Part shown: piece after piece, positions 54,644 through 64,000 of the stretch
How the letters are laid out: the number at the start of each line of letters is the position of its first letter
Position numbering within the stretch: the first letter of the stretch is position 1
DNA from: a virus
Length of the DNA stretch: 64,000 nt
Direction: 5' to 3' (one strand)
Virus record (IMG/VR): IMGVR_UViG_3300021962_000060
Location: 1 to 64,000 of that record
The notes under the pieces: generated by a model
Told to the model about the DNA's origin: nothing
The model's database searches: none
The model's input: only the letters and a program-made list of their open reading frames with translations
Made by a program: the position numbers and the translations under genes

Positions 54644-54669
54644 ATATCTCCATTATACTACAAAAATGA

Positions 54670-55419
54670 TTAAAAATGTATTGTGCCTCTATACTGGTAG
54701 TTTAATAGTTTACCCTCAATCCAAGACTCAAAAAGAGGAGTGATATTCGGGACTCCGGCCGGTCTGTTTTGTGCATCAGGATTTCCCTGTAAATAGAGAG
54801 CAACATGAGTATCTGGGAAAGATTCAAGAATTTCCTGCTTAACCAATTCTGGCATCTCTAATTTTTCAAGAATAATTTTACTAAGTTTTGCAGCAGGTTC
54901 CTGATTATTAAATGGCTCATCTGCAACCATACTCCATTCAATTATTAATTTAAAAAGTTCACCAAGAGTTCTTGCATGTCTTTGCGGATGAAGTTTAATA
55001 AGTTCATTTTCAACCCATTCAGAATGAATTTTTTTATCAGAGCCTGGTGCCCATCCGTTATCTATGGCATCACGCTGCCATTTTGGTAATGAGTCATATT
55101 GACGCTTTAAAATATCAGATTCTGACTCTTTCCATTCCGAATAGAGTATATAAAAGTGTGGAGAAAAGTCAATTATTGGAGTTAAAAATTGTATATTTTC
55201 AATCTTCATTCCTAGTGGTAATCTGTATGGATTACTAGGGTTCCAATCTAAACATACCGGTCCATATGTATTGTTATCGCACCTAGACTCGGATTGGTTG
55301 TATCTACTGATTTCAACCACGGATGTAAAAGAAAAAACTCCAACATTGTCATCTTGGTCTACTATTTTATCGTAGTAACCAATATTAGCTTTACTTGAAC
55401 CATAATTTTTAAGCCCCAT
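54670..55419 (-). CDS. Hypothetical protein downstream of tail fibre
   Basis: 249 aa ORF. Confidence 0.7.
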   Translation of the reverse strand: MGLKNYGSSKANIGYYDKIVDQDDNVGVFSFTSVVEISRYNQSESRCDNNTYGPVCLDWNPSNPYRLPLGMKIENIQFLTPIIDFSPHFYILYSEWKESESDILKRQYDSLPKWQRDAIDNGWAPGSDKKIHSEWVENELIKLHPQRHARTLGELFKLIIEWSMVADEPFNNQEPAAKLSKIILEKLEMPELVKQEILESFPDTHVALYLQGNPDAQNRPAGVPNITPLFESWIEGKLLNYQYRGTIHF

Positions 55420-57031
55420 TACTCATTACTCCTTCAATATTTTCAATTTTGATTATAAGCTCTTGAACAGCTTTTGTTAATATACTAACTATACCATTTA
55501 TATCATAAGATGAAGCAACAAAATTAGATGGATTGTCAAAATCAGAATCATTTACAGGTCCATTTTCGTATACATGGTCGTAGTTAATAAGCCCTCTATC
55601 TACAGATTCCACATCTTCAACAATAAAACCAGTCTTAATGTCATTATCTTTTAAATATTTTATAATATTAGAGCTATTTTCATTAACTCTAAATTTAAAA
55701 GTAACTGGATTTAATAATTTTACTTTATTTATTGCATTCTCTACAGATTGTATGTCGTATTTGTACTCTCTTCTTGAAACTGCTCTTACAAATTGACCTG
55801 AGCTATATAAAATATTTGATCCAGTTCCAGTTGGTAATTGTGCAAACATGGATACATTAGATCCACCATTGTAGATGTAAAATAGTGGACTTGCATCAAA
55901 AAAATTAGAGCCAGTATGTGTTATTGTTCTAATTCCTAGAAATGGATCAACACCGCCAGCAATAGAGCCGGCGTTAACACCAGTATATTTAAAATACACA
56001 ATTCCACCACTAATATCTGTTAAACGAGTTCCATCATCAACTTTGACACTATTTCGCAGCGTCACGCTTCCCTGTACAAAACTATTTGTACCCAATGCAA
56101 AACTTGCAAGATTACCTAAAATACTTTTTATATAGCCATTAGCATTGAATGCCGAAGCTCCAGCATTAATATTTGCGTCAGTAATTGAACCTCCACCATA
56201 AGATGCACTAGTAAACGAAGAACCAGTAGCAACAATATAGCCATTAGAGTATAAAGTAGTAGAACCACCAGAAAGCGTTGTGCTTGAAATAGACCAACCA
56301 CCAATATTCCCGCTATTGGCGGTTAAAGCACCACCATTTGTAACCCTAAAAGGCGCTGAAAGGAATGTTCCATTACCCAAAGACATACTGCCGTTTGAAT
56401 AAACTTTAAAAACATTAGGATCAGTACCAATTGTCAAACTACCACCAGTAATCGCTCCATTAGAAACAGAACCATTAGCAAAAGTACCACCAGCATTTAT
56501 AGTTCCAGTAAAGTTTCCAGAAGTAGCCTCAATCTGGCCTCTGACAATAATATTATTGTTAAATTCAGCACTGCCATTGCTTCTAATTTGCCATCCAGTA
56601 GTTCCTAAAACATAGTTATTACTGCTAATTGTGTCTCCAACTTGGACAACATTAATTGCTAGTTCAGCAGCAGTAATTGTATTAGATGCTATCTCATTAG
56701 CAGTAATTGTATTTGCAGCTATATTGTTTGCAGTAATTTCGTTAGCACCAATATGTACACCCCTAACAGAATTCTCTAGCAATTCGATGCCGGCCGGCGC
56801 TAATATCTGGGTTGATATAAAATTAGCAATATATTGATTAAATCTATTTTGATTATTTTGTCTAGTTATATCTCTTTGGGCATCCTGACCAGATGTTGTA
56901 TTATCAGTACCAAAGTCAAAAATGCTGTATTTACTAAAATCAATAAGTGACGAAGAAACTCCATCATGTTTATGGCCGCCAGATCTAAAAAATCTTATTG
57001 CTGACTCAGATGTGCTAGTGTTTGCTGGCAT
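55409..57031 (-). CDS. Tail fibre with C-terminal intramolecular chaperone (peptidase S74-like)
   Basis: ITANxIA repeats, Gly/Ser/Thr-rich shaft, SRREYKYDI..LNPVTF..GFIVEDV..KAVQEL. Confidence 0.85.
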   Translation of the reverse strand: MPANTSTSESAIRFFRSGGHKHDGVSSSLIDFSKYSIFDFGTDNTTSGQDAQRDITRQNNQNRFNQYIANFISTQILAPAGIELLENSVRGVHIGANEITANNIAANTITANEIASNTITAAELAINVVQVGDTISSNNYVLGTTGWQIRSNGSAEFNNNIIVRGQIEATSGNFTGTINAGGTFANGSVSNGAITGGSLTIGTDPNVFKVYSNGSMSLGNGTFLSAPFRVTNGGALTANSGNIGGWSISSTTLSGGSTTLYSNGYIVATGSSFTSASYGGGSITDANINAGASAFNANGYIKSILGNLASFALGTNSFVQGSVTLRNSVKVDDGTRLTDISGGIVYFKYTGVNAGSIAGGVDPFLGIRTITHTGSNFFDASPLFYIYNGGSNVSMFAQLPTGTGSNILYSSGQFVRAVSRREYKYDIQSVENAINKVKLLNPVTFKFRVNENSSNIIKYLKDNDIKTGFIVEDVESVDRGLINYDHVYENGPVNDSDFDNPSNFVASSYDINGIVSILTKAVQELIIKIENIEGVMSNGA

Positions 57032-60000
57032 TACACGACCTTCCTTAGTGTCATACTTTGAGAGTAATCAGATCCAACAGATGTAGAAATAGAAACAATC
57101 CAATAATCACCATTAATTATATCAAATTGATCAAATGAAGTTATTCTAATTCGATCACCAACCTGCAAAGTTGGAATTAAAACAGTTCTAACCTCAATAA
57201 TCGGGATAGGTTCGGATAATTTTTCTATAATAAAATCGGCAAGCGCCTGGGCTTGAAGAGTGTCTGTTATATAAGGGCTGTCAATAACAACCTCTTTAAG
57301 ACCATATTTTCTTCTATTTTCAGAATTAATAGCTTTTTGTTCAATAATTTGTGATTTGTTTTCACTAACCTCAATGGGTATTCCGGCTATGGATGTAAAA
57401 GCAACTTTTTCTGTTATTGGATTTGTACCTTCTGCAAAAACAATTGAATCGGATTCAATATTTTCTGACGCAGATATAATCAAATTCCCCTTGAATGGCG
57501 AAGCCGACCAGTGAAGTATGTTAATCTCATCTGGATCTTCAAACAAAATACCTGTAATAAAAGGATTTTTTACGTTCAAAGAAGGGGATTTATCATATTC
57601 AAAATTAAAATACCTAACCTCCCTAATCAAAGCATTTGCATTGTGAGAAGCAATAGTTGTCCCCAGCGCCCCTCTTTCAATTGAAAGAAAATTAAGTTTA
57701 TCTTTATTATTGTATTTAATAATTTCATTATCTATAATAATATATCCCGCATTGGAGAAAGGAACAAAATCAAAACCACTACACGGAATTGAAGTAACAG
57801 CATTAGAATTACTTACAGCACTAGTCAGCGTAATAACACCAAGAGTAGTATTATCAGGCGCTCTCCAGATTGGCTGAGTCTGTGTAGTATTTGAAGCAAT
57901 ACCTGATACTTTAACAATAACACTATTAACTTGAAGATTTTTATCTATTGAAGCCTCAGATATAAAGGTTGTGTCGGCAATTTCTTTTTGAACGTTTGCA
58001 TGTTGATCAATAGAGCTTTCAAAAAAAGCATAATAATGATCATACTTTATAAAATCTTTTTCATCAATAAATACTCTACCTAATTCAGCAAATGAAATAT
58101 CTTGAATTGTTTGATATATGGATTGATTTATGCCGTACAAAAAAGGAAATTTTTTAACTTCTTTAATTTGTGTTTCGCGATATCTTTTTAAAACATCAGA
58201 AGATGACATTGCCTTAGGATAAATAATAAACTCATCAATTCCAAGTTGCACCCCTTTTGAATCAACCGAGTTGGTCGGTTTCACAACCCCAGTGCCATTA
58301 ACAAAACTTACACCTCTTCCGCCAAACGCAAGATCGTTTTGACCAAATTCTGGGTAAACATTAGCGGCCAAAGTGGTATTACCATGCTTAACACCATCAA
58401 CATAATAAGTTAAAACTTTACTGTCATTATCATATGTTGTAATAAAATGATTCCAACCATTCGGATCTGGAAGAATAGTTGTACTCGTTATTGTTGCAGT
58501 ACCAACGGCATTGTTGGAAGAATTTAATGTTTTAAGCTTAACACCATGACTTGTTGAGTTAGAATGAAAAAATTCAATCCCAGCAGTAGAGCTAGCATTT
58601 GACCAACTACTAATATATTCACCGCCAACATTCGCAAAAGAAACAATATGTTCTATACTCCAGTTGCGATATGGATTAATAGAATCATCAGTTATATCCC
58701 ATGAAGAGTTATATGGAAGTCTAATAAAAGAATCAACCGTAGCGCTATTTGCAATAGGTTCAAGTTCAACACTTTTATCGGTAAGATCCCATGATATAGA
58801 TGGAAGTTGTTGAAAAACAACGCTTGGTGTCGCTATAGCATTATTTCTTTTATTAAAACTATTAATATTAGTTTTTGATCCAATATGATCTAACACAATA
58901 TTGGTAACCAACTCATTTGATTCTATAACTGTTCTTCCGGCACCAATTGTTAAATTTAAATCAAAAAGATCGTTATTACCAGAATGATAAAATTCCAATC
59001 TAATTTTGTATGGCACACCAGAAGTAAACGACGCTACACCAGAAGCATACGTTAAAACTGTATTTTCATTCCATGCATCAATAACTAAATTATCATCAAT
59101 ATAAAGCCTGGCTCCACCCTCGTCTATTTCAATACCAATTTCTTCATCAACCACAGTATAAATTGGGACATAGTAACCATCAAAAACACCCTGATAATTT
59201 TTATCATTTAAAAGTGCATCATCACTAGACAAAGTATATCCACTTAAATAAACATTAGATTTAAAACCGACAAAAGAAGGCGTAACAGAAGAAGCAAGAC
59301 CAAGAGCCTTGTCTAAATCAGACAACTCTTTCTCATTAATATCTAATTGCAAATCTTTTACAGTACTTTCAAACCCATCAGGTGGTTGATACACCCTAAA
59401 TCTAAGCCCTTCACCAACATAAATAGGACTTCCGGTATTTTTATTTTCATCATTAAATTTTAAATGCAATATAGCATCATTTAAAACAGCAGAATCTTGA
59501 AATCTATCATATTTAATAAATTTATTATTTGGAAAATTAGCAAAATATAGTAATTCTTTTAAAGCATCTCCGACAGTTGTGTTTTCTTTAAAAAATCCTT
59601 TTTCAATAACTTTGTCATTCAAGAATTTAAATCTATCACCAAGTTGAAGATTGACTGTCATATCAGCAGAAGAAGACGATATATCCTCAATAAAATATGT
59701 TCCTATTTCAACATACTCAAATGGATCAAAAGTTATAGTTGCGTTTTGAGAGTGAGAAACTGAATCGGTATTCCCAAAACCTCTTTCTGCAATTTCTAAA
59801 GAAACATTATCAATCTTCTTTTTTACAAGAATTTTTTCTTCAGAAAATTTATCTTTATCAATAGTGACTATGTAATAATTTGACTCAAGGCCTGTGTTAG
59901 ATACATCCCCACTAGGGAACTCTGTTGCATTATTAAGATATATGTAAGAAGCACCAGAAGAAGCAAGATTTGCAGTTAAAAAGGATTCTACGGTTAAGCC

Positions 60001-60879
60001 TTCAGACTCATACGATTTCCAGCCATAGCAAACATTAACTTTTAAATCTTTTTCTAAATACTTACCATACTCAGAATTTGTATTAAGAATATTAAATTTT
60101 TTATCTGTATTATCAATTACAAGATCACAGGACGACTGAGATGAGCCGGCGATGGGCAAAGAAGTTTCATGCAGATCTCTGATGCGATTATCGCTTATAG
60201 AAACAACATAATCTGATATATCTAATTCATAAACAGGAGACACGGACATTATTCTGGAATAATCAGGCGTATTTTTATTTGACACTATAGTAACAACAAC
60301 TCTTGTAATATCCGTATAAGTACTATCAAGATTAACGATTTTTTCAAAACCATTATTATCAAATGATAAAGATTTTGTTAAAACATTAACATTACCACTT
60401 CTATAAACATCTATATTAAAAGCATTAACCTTGCCCAGCTCATTAGATGTCACAATTTTAATTTTATTTGCTACTGTAGCATCAAATGATATATCTAATG
60501 TTGGATATGCAGCCCAGTTAATATTTTTATCCTTTGATCTCCAACCATATTTAAAATCACCGGACAAATCAGATGGCATAGCATAAAATTTACCATTTGC
60601 CGTAATGACTCTTCCTCTAGAATCAAGATCCCCAGCAACAGCCCAAGGGAAAGACTCATACTCGGCACCGCTAACAACTTGTGTTTTATCAAAATAATAA
60701 CCTATTGAGCCAGCAGTGTTGGTTGTATGATCATTATTTGTAGTAACAACAACATTAGATAAATGCCTACCATCTCTTAATACAATAGTAACTTTAGGTT
60801 TTACAAACTGAGAAGGTGCAATTGTTGCAGAATTAAAAGCATTACTAAGTGTTTTACCATTAAAGTCAATAGTCTGCAT
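57031..60879 (-). CDS. Large minor tail protein with PA14-like and LamG-like domains
   Basis: DEGGARLYIDDNLVIDAW..YKIRLEFY (PA14); WNHFITTYD..YYVDG..IDEFIIY (LamG); PTLQVGDRI tail C-terminus. Confidence 0.8.
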   Translation of the reverse strand: MQTIDFNGKTLSNAFNSATIAPSQFVKPKVTIVLRDGRHLSNVVVTTNNDHTTNTAGSIGYYFDKTQVVSGAEYESFPWAVAGDLDSRGRVITANGKFYAMPSDLSGDFKYGWRSKDKNINWAAYPTLDISFDATVANKIKIVTSNELGKVNAFNIDVYRSGNVNVLTKSLSFDNNGFEKIVNLDSTYTDITRVVVTIVSNKNTPDYSRIMSVSPVYELDISDYVVSISDNRIRDLHETSLPIAGSSQSSCDLVIDNTDKKFNILNTNSEYGKYLEKDLKVNVCYGWKSYESEGLTVESFLTANLASSGASYIYLNNATEFPSGDVSNTGLESNYYIVTIDKDKFSEEKILVKKKIDNVSLEIAERGFGNTDSVSHSQNATITFDPFEYVEIGTYFIEDISSSSADMTVNLQLGDRFKFLNDKVIEKGFFKENTTVGDALKELLYFANFPNNKFIKYDRFQDSAVLNDAILHLKFNDENKNTGSPIYVGEGLRFRVYQPPDGFESTVKDLQLDINEKELSDLDKALGLASSVTPSFVGFKSNVYLSGYTLSSDDALLNDKNYQGVFDGYYVPIYTVVDEEIGIEIDEGGARLYIDDNLVIDAWNENTVLTYASGVASFTSGVPYKIRLEFYHSGNNDLFDLNLTIGAGRTVIESNELVTNIVLDHIGSKTNINSFNKRNNAIATPSVVFQQLPSISWDLTDKSVELEPIANSATVDSFIRLPYNSSWDITDDSINPYRNWSIEHIVSFANVGGEYISSWSNASSTAGIEFFHSNSTSHGVKLKTLNSSNNAVGTATITSTTILPDPNGWNHFITTYDNDSKVLTYYVDGVKHGNTTLAANVYPEFGQNDLAFGGRGVSFVNGTGVVKPTNSVDSKGVQLGIDEFIIYPKAMSSSDVLKRYRETQIKEVKKFPFLYGINQSIYQTIQDISFAELGRVFIDEKDFIKYDHYYAFFESSIDQHANVQKEIADTTFISEASIDKNLQVNSVIVKVSGIASNTTQTQPIWRAPDNTTLGVITLTSAVSNSNAVTSIPCSGFDFVPFSNAGYIIIDNEIIKYNNKDKLNFLSIERGALGTTIASHNANALIREVRYFNFEYDKSPSLNVKNPFITGILFEDPDEINILHWSASPFKGNLIISASENIESDSIVFAEGTNPITEKVAFTSIAGIPIEVSENKSQIIEQKAINSENRRKYGLKEVVIDSPYITDTLQAQALADFIIEKLSEPIPIIEVRTVLIPTLQVGDRIRITSFDQFDIINGDYWIVSISTSVGSDYSQSMTLRKVV

Positions 60880-61395
60880 TTATACCTCTTGAAAACTTAT
60901 AGAACAATTCCAATAGTATTCATCATTGTTCAAATCCCTTCTAACAAGTTCTTCAGAATAATTTGTCACTAAAACAGTATAGCTTGTTTCTGTATAAGAA
61001 GTAAGACCATTGGCATCTAGATTTCTAATTTTTAAAGTATGAGATCTGGGATCTAGTGCTATTTTTTTAACATAATCCCGACCGGCCTTTAGGTCAACGG
61101 TGTTTTGCTGTTTTCCAGGCAGAAATGACCAATCAATATTTATAATTCTTTTATTATTTGCAATATTAAAATAAACACCTTTTCGACCATTAGCTCTTTC
61201 ATTTGTTACATAGTTAATATTATTAGAAAAAGATGTTTTTCTATTGTGCTCTGAAAGCGGGATGGAATCAACAGAAAACATCGGTTTAATATCCGATGTA
61301 TCCTCCAGAAAAGCAGATTTTAAAACATCTACGGAACTAACAAGAAAAGATGAAGATCCGCCAGTAGAAAAAGAAGTAATGGATACAGTAGCCAT
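60880..61395 (-). CDS. Tail protein (distal-tail position), paralog of 61395-61793
   Basis: EHNR...W.FLP....TVD...GRD shared. Confidence 0.7.
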   Translation of the reverse strand: MATVSITSFSTGGSSSFLVSSVDVLKSAFLEDTSDIKPMFSVDSIPLSEHNRKTSFSNNINYVTNERANGRKGVYFNIANNKRIINIDWSFLPGKQQNTVDLKAGRDYVKKIALDPRSHTLKIRNLDANGLTSYTETSYTVLVTNYSEELVRRDLNNDEYYWNCSISFQEV

Positions 61396-61793
61396 CAGAT
61401 TTCCTCTAGCACCATGTCTACATCAAAATACCTGCATTGACTTTGTATAACATTTTTTAACATAGTTTCATTATATGAGGATAAAAGACAGGTATAGTTG
61501 TTCCATTCATCTTTTCTATCATTTTGTATAGATAATGTAACAAGTGAGCCGGCTGTAACAAGTGAATACAAAAAGTCCCTACCAACTCTGGTATCAACAG
61601 TTTTTGCGGCTTTATCTGGTAGATATTTCCAAGAAAAAGAAAAAGAGTTTTTAGCCGGCTTATAAAATCTTTTCATAGAACCAGATGCAATACTGATATC
61701 AGTATTTTGATATATTGGTGAATCTGAAAATGCTCTATTATGCTCTGTGATTTCAGTATTATTAATTTTTATTAAAGCATTCAAAGTCATCAC
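61395..61793 (-). CDS. Tail protein (distal-tail position)
   Basis: Directly after tape measure; EHNR..WKYLP..TVD..GRD. Confidence 0.7.
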   Translation of the reverse strand: MMTLNALIKINNTEITEHNRAFSDSPIYQNTDISIASGSMKRFYKPAKNSFSFSWKYLPDKAAKTVDTRVGRDFLYSLVTAGSLVTLSIQNDRKDEWNNYTCLLSSYNETMLKNVIQSQCRYFDVDMVLEEI

Positions 61794-64000
61794 ATACCCC
61801 TAGATAGACCAGAGTAAGTTGTTACAACCCTATTCTCCATACCAGCAGACTTTTGTTTAGCCGGCAAAACATTCATATTGTATTGCTTAAGCATAGAATT
61901 AAACCACTCATCTTCACCAATAAAGTTTTCAACATAAATATTAGTTGTAGTAGTTGAGGAAGAAGTACTAGCATATTCAGGTGTTCTAGTCTGAGGCGTA
62001 GCAAATCTCATCTTATTAAGATTTTCTAATGCAGCATAGCCAATGTTTTTGACAGCATTTGAATTAATAACATACTCACCACCATGCAACATGGCCGGAA
62101 TACCCTGCGAACCAAACCCAGGAACAACATAACCACCAGCCCCAAATTTCGGAACACGACCACCATATCTTAGTGAATAGTGAATCTGGAAAAGACCAGC
62201 AACGCCGTTATCGCCAGCATCTTTTAATTTTTGAAGCTCCAATCCAGCTTTTGCATGTTTTTGTTGAGCAGTTCTACCCATCTGACTCATATCAAATTGA
62301 AAAATATAATTAGCTGCTTTTTTAATTAAAGCTTCTTTTTCTTGAGCGTTAAGTCTCCTCAATGTTTCAGAATTTTTATTCTTTTCAAAATTTGCCCTAG
62401 TTTGTCTTAATATAGCATTATAAGTTTCTGATGACGGCGCACCCCTAGTGGGCGTTGTGCTAGGTTCGTTATCACCAGCACCATCATCACCAGCAGCATC
62501 TTCTGCTTGATTCGCCAAATAATTAGCAACAGAAAGCCTAGCAAGCATCACATCAATTCTAGTAGCAAGACCATCAACCATACTACCAACAGCACCAACT
62601 GTTCCTGTAATTTCTCTAATCAAAGTTGTATTAGCAATTCTTATAGCCTCTTCAAACACAGTGAAAGGATTGTTTTCTTCTAAAATAGCAGCAATAGACT
62701 GCATCGCCGGTAAGAATATTGACTCTCCAATAGTTGAAAAACCAGCCGCTAAATCAAAAACATTATCAACAATTCCAGCAAAAGCAGCACTAATAGACTC
62801 TTGACTACCAACCATTTGACCTTCAATACCAGTCAACATCGCAACAGTTGCGCCAACAACTGAATTTTGATCAGATGCATCAGTTAAACCATATTTAGCC
62901 TGTGCAGTAGTAATCAATTGATCCAAAGAAGTTGCAAAAACACCAACAGCCTCATTGGGAAGAGCAATATTTTCAGTCATGCTGTTAAGCATTTCTTCAA
63001 ATATTTGAGAATTTTCTTGAGCAACCCCAGAAGCAGCCGTGTTCAACTGATCCAGCATTGATCTATATTCTTCAATTGTTTGCGGCGGGAATTGTGTTAT
63101 CTTTTTAGCAGCATCCTCAAAGCCCTTTATTTGCTCATCAAAAAACTTTCCCGCCTCATCTTTAGCAGCACTAATTGCATCTTTAAGAGCTTGCAAGTTC
63201 TCTTCAGCAAGATCTTTTCTTCTGCTCTCGTCAAGTTTGGCAAGATCCTTTGTGTAATCAAGACTGTTCTTCTGATCTTCAAGAGCCAAGACTCTTGCGT
63301 CATCAATACGGCCTTCATAAATAGCAAGAGCTCGTTCTCTCTGGTAGTTTTGCATTTGCAAGGCGCGTTCATCAATCATCCGCCTACGTTCAACTTGATA
63401 CTCTTTTTCTTTAGTTAGTGATTCTTCTGCTTTAGCAAGCTTATCTAATGTTTCAATCTGGGTATCATAAACAGCCAAAGCAGCATCTTTTTGACTCTGA
63501 AGGGCATCGTTTAAGCCTTCAACAACATCCTGAACTTTCTTAGAAACCTCATCAAGAACTAAGTCAACAAATCTTTGTTTTAAATCATTCAAGAACTTTG
63601 CAAGCTCACCGTCGGCTTCGTTATACACCTTATCCAAGCCAGCAGCAATCGGATCTGTAAAAGCATCAGCATATTCTTTACCATAATCATTTGCGTCCTC
63701 AACAATATTCTTTCCAGTACTATCCATTAAAGACTTAGTGCTTTCAATAATCTTATCAAGCATGCCTTGACCCCATTGACCAAGTTTTTCAATTGCTTTG
63801 ACACCAAAACCAAATCCAATGTCAATGGCTTTATTTACAACTTTGCCTAAACCATCAACACCATCAGCAGCAAGCTTCACAGCACCGGAGACACTCTTGC
63901 CGAAAACCTCAACGGTCTTTTTTAAACCATCAGCAATATTGTCTATACCCAGTAGTTTTCCAAGTCTTGATCGTCCAATAGAACCTACAGTTTTATCAAT
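61790..64000 (-). CDS. Tape measure protein, C-terminal part (open to window edge)
   Basis: Long helical Ala/Gln/Lys-rich ORF, PAMLHGGEYVINSNAV motif, frame open to 64000. Confidence 0.85.
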   Translation of the reverse strand: MDKTVGSIGRSRLGKLLGIDNIADGLKKTVEVFGKSVSGAVKLAADGVDGLGKVVNKAIDIGFGFGVKAIEKLGQWGQGMLDKIIESTKSLMDSTGKNIVEDANDYGKEYADAFTDPIAAGLDKVYNEADGELAKFLNDLKQRFVDLVLDEVSKKVQDVVEGLNDALQSQKDAALAVYDTQIETLDKLAKAEESLTKEKEYQVERRRMIDERALQMQNYQRERALAIYEGRIDDARVLALEDQKNSLDYTKDLAKLDESRRKDLAEENLQALKDAISAAKDEAGKFFDEQIKGFEDAAKKITQFPPQTIEEYRSMLDQLNTAASGVAQENSQIFEEMLNSMTENIALPNEAVGVFATSLDQLITTAQAKYGLTDASDQNSVVGATVAMLTGIEGQMVGSQESISAAFAGIVDNVFDLAAGFSTIGESIFLPAMQSIAAILEENNPFTVFEEAIRIANTTLIREITGTVGAVGSMVDGLATRIDVMLARLSVANYLANQAEDAAGDDGAGDNEPSTTPTRGAPSSETYNAILRQTRANFEKNKNSETLRRLNAQEKEALIKKAANYIFQFDMSQMGRTAQQKHAKAGLELQKLKDAGDNGVAGLFQIHYSLRYGGRVPKFGAGGYVVPGFGSQGIPAMLHGGEYVINSNAVKNIGYAALENLNKMRFATPQTRTPEYASTSSSTTTTNIYVENFIGEDEWFNSMLKQYNMNVLPAKQKSAGMENRVVTTYSGLSRGM

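Noticed and set aside
9141-63418. Plus-strand ORFs in the AT-rich zones (e.g. 15030-15473, 22079-22768, 27964-28497, 39164-39622)
   Set aside because: Antisense to a densely packed minus-strand gene set with composition typical of shadow frames.
9200-64000. Alternative genetic code (stop-codon reassignment)
   Set aside because: Core genes are full length in the standard code and no suppressor tRNA is seen.

Overview
Part of the genome of a large lytic tailed dsDNA phage, probably with an actinobacterial host (two WhiB-like genes, leaderless promoters, short-arm tRNA-Leu(TAA)). The core gene set resembles large Streptomyces-type siphoviruses; this is inferred, not searched. Four zones: (1) 1-8.5 kb, GC-rich (about 55-60% in ORFs, by eye): 13 self-contained expression cassettes (promoter-small ORF-terminator). 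Each is followed by a conserved spacer module with one 37-46 nt hairpin showing compensatory changes and phased copies of the palindrome CTAACG(T/A)TAG (about 90 copies by eye). It includes two three-member paralog families and one canonical parS site. (2) 8.5-9.2 kb, non-coding transition. (3) 9.2-29 kb, AT-rich minus-strand accessory region with about 45 small ORFs, four tRNAs for AT-rich codons, two paralogous unknown structured RNAs, and ParB-like, WhiB, GHKL-ATPase and lysozyme-like genes. It is capped at 29.04 kb by a remnant of the spacer module. (4) 29-64 kb, AT-rich minus-strand core: terminase, glycosyltransferases, PAPS-reductase-like, RuvC, Cas4-like nuclease, a multi-TRD C5 DNA methyltransferase with a nested alternative-frame gene, RecA, DnaE, SSB, primase, DnaB, tail genes and the 3' part of the tape measure gene. 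GCCGGC is strongly over-represented in the AT-rich part. The best candidate for an undescribed system is the hairpin/palindrome-delimited cassette array. All counts and homology calls are by eye.
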